A program made the position numbers and the translations under genes. A DNA stretch of 49,498 nucleotides. Source: an uncultured Lishizhenia sp. GTDB taxonomy: Bacteria; Bacteroidota; Bacteroidia; Flavobacteriales_D; Crocinitomicaceae. The notes under the pieces were generated by a model that saw nothing but the letters and a program-made list of their open reading frames with translations, was not told the origin of the DNA and did no database searches. This document shows positions 36,434 to 44,654 of this stretch, one piece after another. The stretch lies in assembly GCA_964414045.1 (NCBI GenBank), contig CAYPVA010000001.1, positions 1 through 49,498 of the forward strand, in the 5' to 3' direction. Position 1 is the first letter of the stretch. Every line of letters starts with the position of its first letter.

Positions 36434-38593
36434 ATGAAAAGTTTCTCTTGGTTTGTCCTCTTTTTCTTGCTGAGCCAATCAATTTTATCACAGGATTTGA
36501 CTATTCCCCGAATCTGGAAAAATTATGAATTCACTGCGAAAGGTGCGGGTTCTTACCAAATGCTTCAAGATGGCGTGTCTTACACTGAACTAGATGAGAA
36601 GGGTGATTTAGTGAAAAGGTCACTCAATGAAACAGTGAAGGCAGAAATTTTAGTGAGTGCCGCAAAGCTTGTTTGGAATAATGTGCCAATCACAGTAGCA
36701 GGTTATGACTTCAATAAAGATGAACAAAAGGTTTTGCTTTGGACAGCTCCAAAAGCAATATACCGCAGAAGTTTTGAAGCATTCTATTTTCTTTATGATT
36801 TAAAAACCCAAAGTTTAACTGCCTTAGATGAAGAACACGCGCCTCAAACATTGGCAGAATATAGCCCAGATGGCACAAAAGTTTCGTACATCCATGGCAA
36901 TGACATCTTTGTTAAAGATTTGCTTTCTGGTAAAGTCCGCAAAATGACTGAAGACGGCAAGCGCAATAAAATCATCAATGGAACCACAGACTGGGTATAT
37001 GAAGAGGAATTTGCCATTACGAAAGCCTATGGTTGGTCGCCGGATAGTAAATACTTGGCGTTTTTGAAGTTTGATGAGCGGGACGTGCCTGAATTTCAAA
37101 TGGCCATTTATGGTGAATTGTATCCGCAGCAATATACCTACAAATACCCTAAAGCTGGTGAAAACAATTCTAAAGTAAGCCTTTATTTACTGCAAGTAGC
37201 TAGCGGAAAGTCACAACAAATTGAGCTTGGTAATTATGAGTACATTCCAAGATTAAATTGGTCAGAGACCTCCAATCAACTCATCGTTCAGACGATGAAT
37301 AGACATCAGAATGAATTGAATTATTGGCTTCTCGATTGTAATTCAAAACAAGTATCAACCAAACCGCTTTACCAAGAAAAATCTGATACATATGTTGAAG
37401 TAGATGACAATTTATGTATTCTAAAAGACGGCAAATCGTTTTTGCGTTGCAGCGAAATGTCAGGCTACAATCATATTTATCGTATTGGTTTTGATGGTAG
37501 TGTTCAGTCCATCACTTCAGGCAATTGGGATGTTATTGAGTTTTTAGGATTGGACCAAGAAGCGGCTGTTGTATATTATGCCAGTGCCGAACCAGGTGCG
37601 ATCTATAAGTCGGTTTATGCTGTGCGTATAGATGGTTCTCAAAAAACGAATTTGACCCCTGTTCTAGGATATCACCATGCTGAATTCTTGAACGGAATGA
37701 AGTATTTTATACATAGCTATTCAAATGCAAATACACCACCCGTTATTTCGCTTAGAAAAGCATCCGGAGAGCTCGTTCGTACCTTGGAGCAAAACAATGA
37801 TTTGCTTTCAAAAATGAAGAACGAAAGACTCAATCCAAGAACTTTCTTAACTATTCAAACGCCTGAAGTCACACTCAATGCGTCTTTGATTTTGCCACTC
37901 AATTATGATCCAGCTAAAAAATATCCGGTATTTGTCAATGTATATGGTGGCCCAGGACACAATGAAGTGTTGGATAGCTGGGATGGCAATGATTATTTTT
38001 TCCATCAGTTACTTGCCCAAAATGGTTATATGGTACTCAGTATTGATCCAAGAGGCACGCAATACCGCGGAACAGCATTCAAAAAGTCTACGTATTTACA
38101 ATTAGGGAAGCTAGAGATCGAAGATGTACTTGCTGCCACAAAAGCGTTTGCCATGCGTCCAGATGTTGATGCAAGTCGTTTAGGCATCATGGGCTGGAGT
38201 TATGGTGGTTTCATGTCTTCATTGGCCATGACCAAAGGCCAAGGATTATTCAAAGTTGGTATTGCTGTAGCACCTGTAACCAATTGGCGTTATTATGACA
38301 ACATTTACACAGAACGATTTCTAAGAACACCTCAAGAAAATGCAAAAGGTTATGACGAAAACTCACCGATCAATTTTGTAAAAGATATGCAGGGCAAATA
38401 CTTCTTAATCCATGGTGCTGCAGATGACAACGTTCATTATCAGAATAGCATGGAAATGATTACTGCCCTCGTTAAAGCAAATAAGCAATTTGACTTATTT
38501 ATATACCCGAATAAAAATCATGGGATTTATGGTGGAAATACCCGCAACCATCTTTTTGAAATGATTTTCGAATATATACAAGAGGAACTGTAA
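36434..38593 (+). CDS. Dipeptidyl-peptidase IV (S9B prolyl oligopeptidase family)
   Basis: Signal peptide, an N-terminal beta-propeller region (DWVYEEEF), the catalytic GWSYGG motif, and DDNVH. Confidence 0.88.
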   Translation: MKSFSWFVLFFLLSQSILSQDLTIPRIWKNYEFTAKGAGSYQMLQDGVSYTELDEKGDLVKRSLNETVKAEILVSAAKLVWNNVPITVAGYDFNKDEQKVLLWTAPKAIYRRSFEAFYFLYDLKTQSLTALDEEHAPQTLAEYSPDGTKVSYIHGNDIFVKDLLSGKVRKMTEDGKRNKIINGTTDWVYEEEFAITKAYGWSPDSKYLAFLKFDERDVPEFQMAIYGELYPQQYTYKYPKAGENNSKVSLYLLQVASGKSQQIELGNYEYIPRLNWSETSNQLIVQTMNRHQNELNYWLLDCNSKQVSTKPLYQEKSDTYVEVDDNLCILKDGKSFLRCSEMSGYNHIYRIGFDGSVQSITSGNWDVIEFLGLDQEAAVVYYASAEPGAIYKSVYAVRIDGSQKTNLTPVLGYHHAEFLNGMKYFIHSYSNANTPPVISLRKASGELVRTLEQNNDLLSKMKNERLNPRTFLTIQTPEVTLNASLILPLNYDPAKKYPVFVNVYGGPGHNEVLDSWDGNDYFFHQLLAQNGYMVLSIDPRGTQYRGTAFKKSTYLQLGKLEIEDVLAATKAFAMRPDVDASRLGIMGWSYGGFMSSLAMTKGQGLFKVGIAVAPVTNWRYYDNIYTERFLRTPQENAKGYDENSPINFVKDMQGKYFLIHGAADDNVHYQNSMEMITALVKANKQFDLFIYPNKNHGIYGGNTRNHLFEMIFEYIQEEL

Positions 38594-38695
38594 ACATTAT
38601 AAAATTATATGTGTTTTTTGTAAAGACTCTTGTTTGCAATTGCACATTCTTTTGTAATTTAGGCACGTCTTATCAAACGCATATACATCAATCCA

Positions 38696-39982
38696 ATGAG
38701 CGAAACAGCCAAAATAGAACTAGACGGTAAAGTTTATGAACTACCTGTTATTGTAGGTTCTGAAAATGAAAAAGCAATAGACATCTCCAAATTGCGAGAC
38801 CTAACCGGTTACATTACCCTTGATACAGGGTATAAAAATACGGGTGCCACCAAAAGTGCCATTACGTATCTTGATGGTGAGGAAGGAATTTTACATTACC
38901 GAGGTTACTCTATCGAGCAGTTAGCTGAAAAAGCATCGTTTATTGAAGTCGCATACTTACTGATCTACGGTAATTTGCCAAATCAAAAAGAATTGGATTC
39001 TTTTCAAGATAGCATTTGTAAGCATACATTGGTTCATGAAGATATGAAGCAATTTTTTGAAGCCTATCCTTCAAAAGCACATCCAATGGGTGTACTTTCT
39101 TCTATGGTGGCTTCTTTGGCTACATTTTATCCAGAATCGCTCGATCCAAACCGCAGTCCTGAAGCGAAGAATTTAACCATTCACCGCATTTTGGCCAAGT
39201 TGCCAACCTTGGCTGCATGGTCATACAAAAACCTCATTCGCCATCCGTTCATGTATCCGCGCAATGAATACGATTACTGCAAGAATTTCATGTACATGAT
39301 GTTTGCTATGCCAACCCAAGACTACCACGTAGATCCGGTTGTCATTGATGCACTCAATAAATTACTTATCCTGCACGCAGACCACGAACAAAACTGTTCT
39401 ACTTCAACCGTTCGTATCGTTGGTTCTTCGCAAGCGAATCTTTACTCTTCCGTCTCTGCTGGTATCTCCGCTTTATGGGGGCCATTGCATGGTGGTGCCA
39501 ATCAAGAAGTAATTGAAATGCTCGAGCGTATCCATGCTGATGGCGGAAACGTTGACAAATGGGTTGCGAAAGCAAAAGACAAAGAAGATCCATTCAGACT
39601 CATGGGCTTCGGGCACCGTGTATACAAAAACTTTGATCCACGTGCCAAAATCATTAAAAAAGCTTGTGACGACGTCCTTGAAAAATTAGGTGTCAATGAT
39701 CCTTTGCTCGACATCGCTAAAAAGCTAGAAAAAGTTGCCTTAGAAGACGAATACTTCAAAGCACGCAATTTATATCCAAATGTAGATTTCTATTCCGGAA
39801 TCATTTACAAAGCCTTAGGTATCCCAACCGAAATGTTTACTGTGATGTTTGCCATTGGCCGTCTTCCAGGATGGATTGCACAGTGGAAAGAAATGACAGA
39901 AAATAAAGAACCAATTGGTCGTCCGCGTCAAATTTACACAGGTCATACCAACCGCAATTACGTTCCTATCGAACAACGATAA
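38696..39982 (+). CDS. gltA: Citrate synthase
   Basis: ILHADHEQNCSTSTVR...GPLHGGANQ...GFGHRVYKNFDPRA. Confidence 0.95.
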   Translation: MSETAKIELDGKVYELPVIVGSENEKAIDISKLRDLTGYITLDTGYKNTGATKSAITYLDGEEGILHYRGYSIEQLAEKASFIEVAYLLIYGNLPNQKELDSFQDSICKHTLVHEDMKQFFEAYPSKAHPMGVLSSMVASLATFYPESLDPNRSPEAKNLTIHRILAKLPTLAAWSYKNLIRHPFMYPRNEYDYCKNFMYMMFAMPTQDYHVDPVVIDALNKLLILHADHEQNCSTSTVRIVGSSQANLYSSVSAGISALWGPLHGGANQEVIEMLERIHADGGNVDKWVAKAKDKEDPFRLMGFGHRVYKNFDPRAKIIKKACDDVLEKLGVNDPLLDIAKKLEKVALEDEYFKARNLYPNVDFYSGIIYKALGIPTEMFTVMFAIGRLPGWIAQWKEMTENKEPIGRPRQIYTGHTNRNYVPIEQR

Positions 39983-39997
39983 TCAAACTTAACAATC

Positions 39998-40026
39998 AAA
40001 AAGGGCGCTCTACGGCGCCCTTTTTT
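39998..40026. terminator. Bidirectional terminator between convergent gltA and the THUMP methyltransferase gene
   Basis: AAAAA-GGGCGC-tctacg-GCGCCC-TTTTTT. Confidence 0.7.
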
Positions 40027-40074
40027 ATGTAATGTAAATATGAATGATAGCAGATTTTTCTGCGAAGAGTGCTA

Positions 40075-41253
40075 TTATTCCTCCTTGCTTTCCCCGAATC
40101 TTTTGGTTCCTGAATAGGTTTCATAACATCTAAAACCACATTCGAGGTCACCGTTGAACACTTTATATTTTTTGCTTGGCTTAAGCCCAACACTTTTGAG
40201 CCCCTCTTCACTTGAACTAATGATCCAAGCTTTTGATTCGGTAAGGTCGTGTTTGAGCCAATTCCCAATATTTTCATAAAGTGGGCTGACGTCAGCCGCC
40301 ATTCTTTCATCATATGGTGGGTTGGTCAAAACAAATACAGGCGCTTCTACTTTAAGCTTTTCAAAAGAACAGGATTGAACTTCGATAAAGCGCCCGAAAG
40401 AAAAGCCTCTTAGGTTGCGTCTGGCCTTTAGCACCATTTCATCCGAAAGGTCACCCCCCATGATCTTACACGGTAAAGACCTTACATTTCGCGGGGCGTT
40501 TTCATAAATTTCATCCCACATTGCTGCATCATAGTTTTTGAGGTTTTTAAACGCATAGTGTTGGCGCTCAATATTGCTCGGAATACCAGTAGCGAGTAAA
40601 GCGGCTTCTATAAGTAGTGTACCTGAGCCACAAAATGGGTCAACGAAGGTTTGTTGGCGATCCCAGCCTGAAAGTCGGATTAAACTTGCAGCAACTACTT
40701 CATTGAGCGGCGCAGGGCCAACCGCATTGCGGTAACCTCTCTGAAATAAAGGCAATCCGCTGGTATTTACAGAGATCGTGACTTCGCGGTCTTTGATGTA
40801 AAGGTCAAATAGGATACTTGGTTTTTTAATGTCGATGTTTGGACGTTCATCTTGCTTAGCCTTGAACTGATCGACAATGGCATCTTTGACAAGTAAAAAA
40901 GGATAGTGTGTATTTTTGAATATCGAAGAAAAAATGGCTCCCTTGATGGCAAAGGTTTTATTAACATCAAAAAGTTCGGTCCATTTTACTTTTAAAGCAC
41001 GTTTATATAAATCCTCTTCTGATTGGATGTAGAAGCGTTCGATTTCTACTAATACTGCAATAGCACAGCGAATGTACAAATTGAGTTTGTAGACATCCTG
41101 CCAACTCCCGCGAATGCGTACTGCTCTGTTGAGTATTTCTGGATCAGTATAGCCTAACTCTGAGAGTTCATCTGCGAGCACTTCTTCAAAGCCATAGAAA
41201 CACTTTAAAGTGATGAGTAACTCTTCTTTTTTGGCTTGTTCTTTTGAATGCAT
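40075..41253 (-). CDS. THUMP-domain class I SAM-dependent RNA methyltransferase (RlmL/COG0116-like)
   Basis: N-terminal THUMP-like region, SAM motif I FVDPFCGSGTLLIEAA, and catalytic NPPYDERM. Confidence 0.8.
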   Translation of the reverse strand: MHSKEQAKKEELLITLKCFYGFEEVLADELSELGYTDPEILNRAVRIRGSWQDVYKLNLYIRCAIAVLVEIERFYIQSEEDLYKRALKVKWTELFDVNKTFAIKGAIFSSIFKNTHYPFLLVKDAIVDQFKAKQDERPNIDIKKPSILFDLYIKDREVTISVNTSGLPLFQRGYRNAVGPAPLNEVVAASLIRLSGWDRQQTFVDPFCGSGTLLIEAALLATGIPSNIERQHYAFKNLKNYDAAMWDEIYENAPRNVRSLPCKIMGGDLSDEMVLKARRNLRGFSFGRFIEVQSCSFEKLKVEAPVFVLTNPPYDERMAADVSPLYENIGNWLKHDLTESKAWIISSSEEGLKSVGLKPSKKYKVFNGDLECGFRCYETYSGTKRFGESKEE

Positions 41254-41268
41254 TCTTTCGGGATTCGT

Positions 41269-41276
41269 TAAATTTG
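41269..41276 (+). promoter_or_regulatory. Candidate -7 box TAAATTTG for the patatin gene
   Basis: Matches TAnnTTTG, 15 nt upstream of the in-frame TTG at 41292. Confidence 0.3.
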
Positions 41277-41291
41277 TACAAAAGAACGAAT

Positions 41292-43583
41292 TTGTTAAAG
41301 ATCAGCACCTGCTTTATACTCCTTTTTTTTAGTCAATTAATTTTGGCTCAACAAAGACCAACCGTAGGAGTGGTGTTGAGTGGAGGCGGAGCTTCAGGTG
41401 TGGCTCATGTGGGTGTTTTGAAAGCCCTTGAAGAAAATCATATCCCAATCGATTACATTGTTGGTACTTCTGCAGGTGCATTGGTTGGAGCTATGTACGC
41501 AAGCGGCTATTCTCCGGATGAAATTGAGGCTTATGTACTTTCAGAAGCGTTTCAATTAATGGCCAAAGGTCAAAAGGAATTAGATAAACATTATTTTTTT
41601 TATCAGGAAGACCAACATGCTTCCATGTTTAATTTTACGCTTTCGCAAGACAGCATATTAAATAAGTCATTGCCTTTGTCTTTTGTTGACCCTAGTTACT
41701 TTGATTTTGAAATGCTTCAAATTTTTGGCCGTACGAGTGCCAGTGTCCATGAAGATTTCAATCAATTACTTATTCCATACCGTTGTGTGGCATCTGCGGT
41801 TGAAAGTAAAAAGAGTGTTACGTTTTCAAAAGGAAAGCTCAACGAAGCGGTTCGTGCTTCCATGACTTTCCCACTTTACTTGAATCCTATTCGAATTGAT
41901 GGTGTTCTTTATTTCGACGGCGGACTCTACAATAATTTCCCAATCGACGTGCTATACCGCGATTTTCAGCCAGACATCATTATCGGAAGCAATGTTTCAA
42001 AAAATTTAGCGCCCGTTTCAGAGCGCGATTTCATAGGATTGGTTACCAGCATGATGACCACCCCTACCAACTATAATTTACCTTGTTCGGAAGGGATCAT
42101 TATTGAGCCAAATACACAAGTTGGAACCTTTGATTTTGAGGCGGTCAAACAGGCTATTACGGATGGTTATCAGGCAACTATTGCACAGCTACCAGCTATT
42201 AAAAAATTAGTGGATTTTGAGCAAAATGCAGCAGCGCTTTCATCGAGGAGAAGTGCATTCAGGTCGGAGCTAGTACCTTTGAAGGTTACCTCTGTGCTTG
42301 CTTACTCCGATAAAAAGCAAGATGTCGGTTTTGTCAGAAAATCAATACAGCCAAAACGTTCCAAATTGATACTTGACAGTGCCTTACTTGAGAAGCGCTA
42401 CTACAGAACTTTAGCGGCACCGTATTTAGGTTTTGTATATCCAACTTATGAATTGCGCAACAACGAAACTTTGCAACTCAAGTTAAAGGTCAATAAGTCC
42501 AATGCTTTTAAAGTTGATTTTGGCGGCATGTATTCTTCAAGGGCTATTAACACGGGTTATCTTTCACTGGCCTACCGCAGGTTGGGTAGGGTAGGACAGA
42601 CTTTTTCTGCCAATTCATATTTTGGTAAATTCTATGGTTCCGGGAAGGCCCAATATGAGCTCACTTTTCCTGGTCGGATGCCAATTAGTTTTTCAGCTTA
42701 TTTTACACTCAATCGCTGGGATTACTTCCGGAGCTTTGCAACTTTTTTTGAAGATGTTCAGCCTTCATATTTAATACAAAACGAGAGCTACGCTGGCATT
42801 CAATTAAAATTACCTTTAGGTTCACATAGCAAGCTGACAGCCAATGCGCGTTATTTTTACTTAGATGATCAATATTATCAAACCACTTCTTTTACCAAGG
42901 AAGACACCGCCGATTACACCACTTTTTATGGCGAAAGCTTTTCTTTGGAATACTCGAGAAATACACTGAATCGCAAACAATTCGCGTCAGATGGCACTTT
43001 ACTTTCGATTCGAGCTAAATATATTCTTGGAGAAGAAATGACTTTTCCGGGTTCCACCTCAATTTCAAACGATACGGTGCAAAAAAACCACGAATGGCTC
43101 AGTTTGCAAATGGAATTATTGACCTTCCCTTTTGAAAAGAAGCGGATGCTGAGTGTTGGGTTTCATTTGAAATCTGTCCTCAATAGTCAATCGTTATTTG
43201 CTAATTATACTGCTAGTATGTTGGCACTACCAGGTCTAAATGTGTTGCCCGACCTAGAAACTTATTTCATTGCACCTTATCGATCTACGCAATTTGTTTG
43301 TGGTGGTGTTCAATGGATACTGAGTCCATATAAAAATATTGACCTCAGACTAGATACCTACGGTTTTCTTCCTATTATTCAGCTGCAACAAAATCAAGAT
43401 GGTACATTTAGTTATGCCAAACCATTGAAAGGTAGAACCGTTTTGGCGTCTGCTTCTTTTGTTTACCACTCACCCATTGGCCCGGTAAGGGCTACACTCA
43501 ATTATTTTCCCAAATATGCCCAACCCTTTCAGTTTCAGCTCGGGTTCGGATACATTTTATTTAACGAACGTGCAATACGCTAA
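41292..43583 (+). CDS. Patatin-like phospholipase fused to a large C-terminal beta-barrel-like domain (PlpD / type Vd-like architecture)
   Basis: GVVLSGGGASGVAHVGVLKAL (oxyanion GGGxxG), GTSAGA (the GxSxG nucleophile) and DGG (FDGGLYNNFP). About 450 aa of beta-rich sequence end in GFGYILFNERAIR. The start is uncertain: the track ORF begins with a TTG at 41244, inside the divergent gene. I prefer the TTG at 41292, which gives MLKISTCFILLFFSQLILAQQ. Confidence 0.75.
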   Translation: MLKISTCFILLFFSQLILAQQRPTVGVVLSGGGASGVAHVGVLKALEENHIPIDYIVGTSAGALVGAMYASGYSPDEIEAYVLSEAFQLMAKGQKELDKHYFFYQEDQHASMFNFTLSQDSILNKSLPLSFVDPSYFDFEMLQIFGRTSASVHEDFNQLLIPYRCVASAVESKKSVTFSKGKLNEAVRASMTFPLYLNPIRIDGVLYFDGGLYNNFPIDVLYRDFQPDIIIGSNVSKNLAPVSERDFIGLVTSMMTTPTNYNLPCSEGIIIEPNTQVGTFDFEAVKQAITDGYQATIAQLPAIKKLVDFEQNAAALSSRRSAFRSELVPLKVTSVLAYSDKKQDVGFVRKSIQPKRSKLILDSALLEKRYYRTLAAPYLGFVYPTYELRNNETLQLKLKVNKSNAFKVDFGGMYSSRAINTGYLSLAYRRLGRVGQTFSANSYFGKFYGSGKAQYELTFPGRMPISFSAYFTLNRWDYFRSFATFFEDVQPSYLIQNESYAGIQLKLPLGSHSKLTANARYFYLDDQYYQTTSFTKEDTADYTTFYGESFSLEYSRNTLNRKQFASDGTLLSIRAKYILGEEMTFPGSTSISNDTVQKNHEWLSLQMELLTFPFEKKRMLSVGFHLKSVLNSQSLFANYTASMLALPGLNVLPDLETYFIAPYRSTQFVCGGVQWILSPYKNIDLRLDTYGFLPIIQLQQNQDGTFSYAKPLKGRTVLASASFVYHSPIGPVRATLNYFPKYAQPFQFQLGFGYILFNERAIR

Positions 43584-43586
43584 CAT

Positions 43587-44654
43587 ATGAATCACAATTA
43601 TCACCTCAACGGAATTCAACAAATGGGCATTGGTGTGCCAAATGTCCCTGAAATTTGGACTTGGTATCGCAAGGCTTTTGGTTTAGATGTCAAAATATTT
43701 GAGGAGGCAGCACCTGCTCCACTCATGACCCGCTATACTGGAGATGTCGTGCATCACAGGACTGCCACCCTTGCGTTAAATATGGCCGGAGGCGGTGGCT
43801 TTGAAATTTGGCAATTCACCTCTCGCAATACAGAAAAAGCCAATTTTGAGGTGCAATTAGGCGACTTCGGTGTCTACATTTGTAAAATTAAGTCTGCAGA
43901 TGTTGTGCATACCCAAAAGCACCTGGTGTCAATAGGTGCCAAAGTTAGCGATGTTTTCAAAGACCCTGCCGGACGTCAGACTTGCTATGTTCAAGATCCA
44001 AATGGAAATTATTTTCAAATCATTGAAGGTGCTTCGTGGTTTGCAGCGAGCAAACATCCATCCAAATGTGGAGGGGTAGCCGGCGCAGTTATTGGCGTTT
44101 CGAATATGGAAAAAAGTATGGCCTTTTACCGCGATTTACTCGCCTATGAGCAAATCGTTTTTGATGTAAAGGGTCAAGAAGAAGCATTCAAATTTATGCC
44201 CAGAGGAGAAGCCGAGTTTCGTCGTGTTTTATTGACGCATCCCAATGTGCGTTTGGGTTATTTTGCGGCGTTATTAGGAATTACAGAAATCGAACTCATT
44301 GAATTACAGACGCCAAATGTTGCCAGACCAATCTTTGAAAATAGATTCTGGGGCGATTGGGGCTTCATTCATTTGTGCTTTGACGTGCAAGGTATGGACG
44401 CGCTAAAAACGCGCTGTAATGAATTCGGTGCGCCGTTCACCGTAGACTCTGCCAATTCATTTGACATGGGCGAGGCGGCAGGTCGCTTCTCGTACATCGA
44501 AGACCCAGACGGCTACTGGATTGAATTTGTAGAGACGCACAAAGTGCCTGTCATGAAAAAGTGGGGTTGGTACATCCACCTTAAACAAGGCAAAGCCCTT
44601 AAGCATTTACCCAAAATACTGCTCAAGGCGCTTGGCCTCAACAGGGTTAAATAA
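43587..44654 (+). CDS. VOC-superfamily (glyoxalase/bleomycin-resistance/dioxygenase fold) protein
   Basis: Two VOC-like halves (GIQQMGIGVPNV...YVQDPNGNYFQIIE and VAGAVIGVSNMEKSMAFY...YIEDPDGYWIEFVE). It starts 3 nt after the patatin stop. Confidence 0.6.
   Translation: MNHNYHLNGIQQMGIGVPNVPEIWTWYRKAFGLDVKIFEEAAPAPLMTRYTGDVVHHRTATLALNMAGGGGFEIWQFTSRNTEKANFEVQLGDFGVYICKIKSADVVHTQKHLVSIGAKVSDVFKDPAGRQTCYVQDPNGNYFQIIEGASWFAASKHPSKCGGVAGAVIGVSNMEKSMAFYRDLLAYEQIVFDVKGQEEAFKFMPRGEAEFRRVLLTHPNVRLGYFAALLGITEIELIELQTPNVARPIFENRFWGDWGFIHLCFDVQGMDALKTRCNEFGAPFTVDSANSFDMGEAAGRFSYIEDPDGYWIEFVETHKVPVMKKWGWYIHLKQGKALKHLPKILLKALGLNRVK

Noticed and set aside
30149-41253. Endonuclease plus an NPPY methyltransferase as a restriction-modification pair.
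   Set aside because: The genes are about 8 kb apart and lie in different transcription units. The nuclease is a secreted non-specific endonuclease I. The methyltransferase carries a THUMP RNA-binding domain.
41292-43583. Patatin gene as a CBASS-type or other anti-phage effector.
   Set aside because: It has a signal peptide and a large C-terminal beta-barrel-like domain. No cyclase, sensor or other defence genes are nearby. The architecture fits a secreted or outer-membrane lipase.
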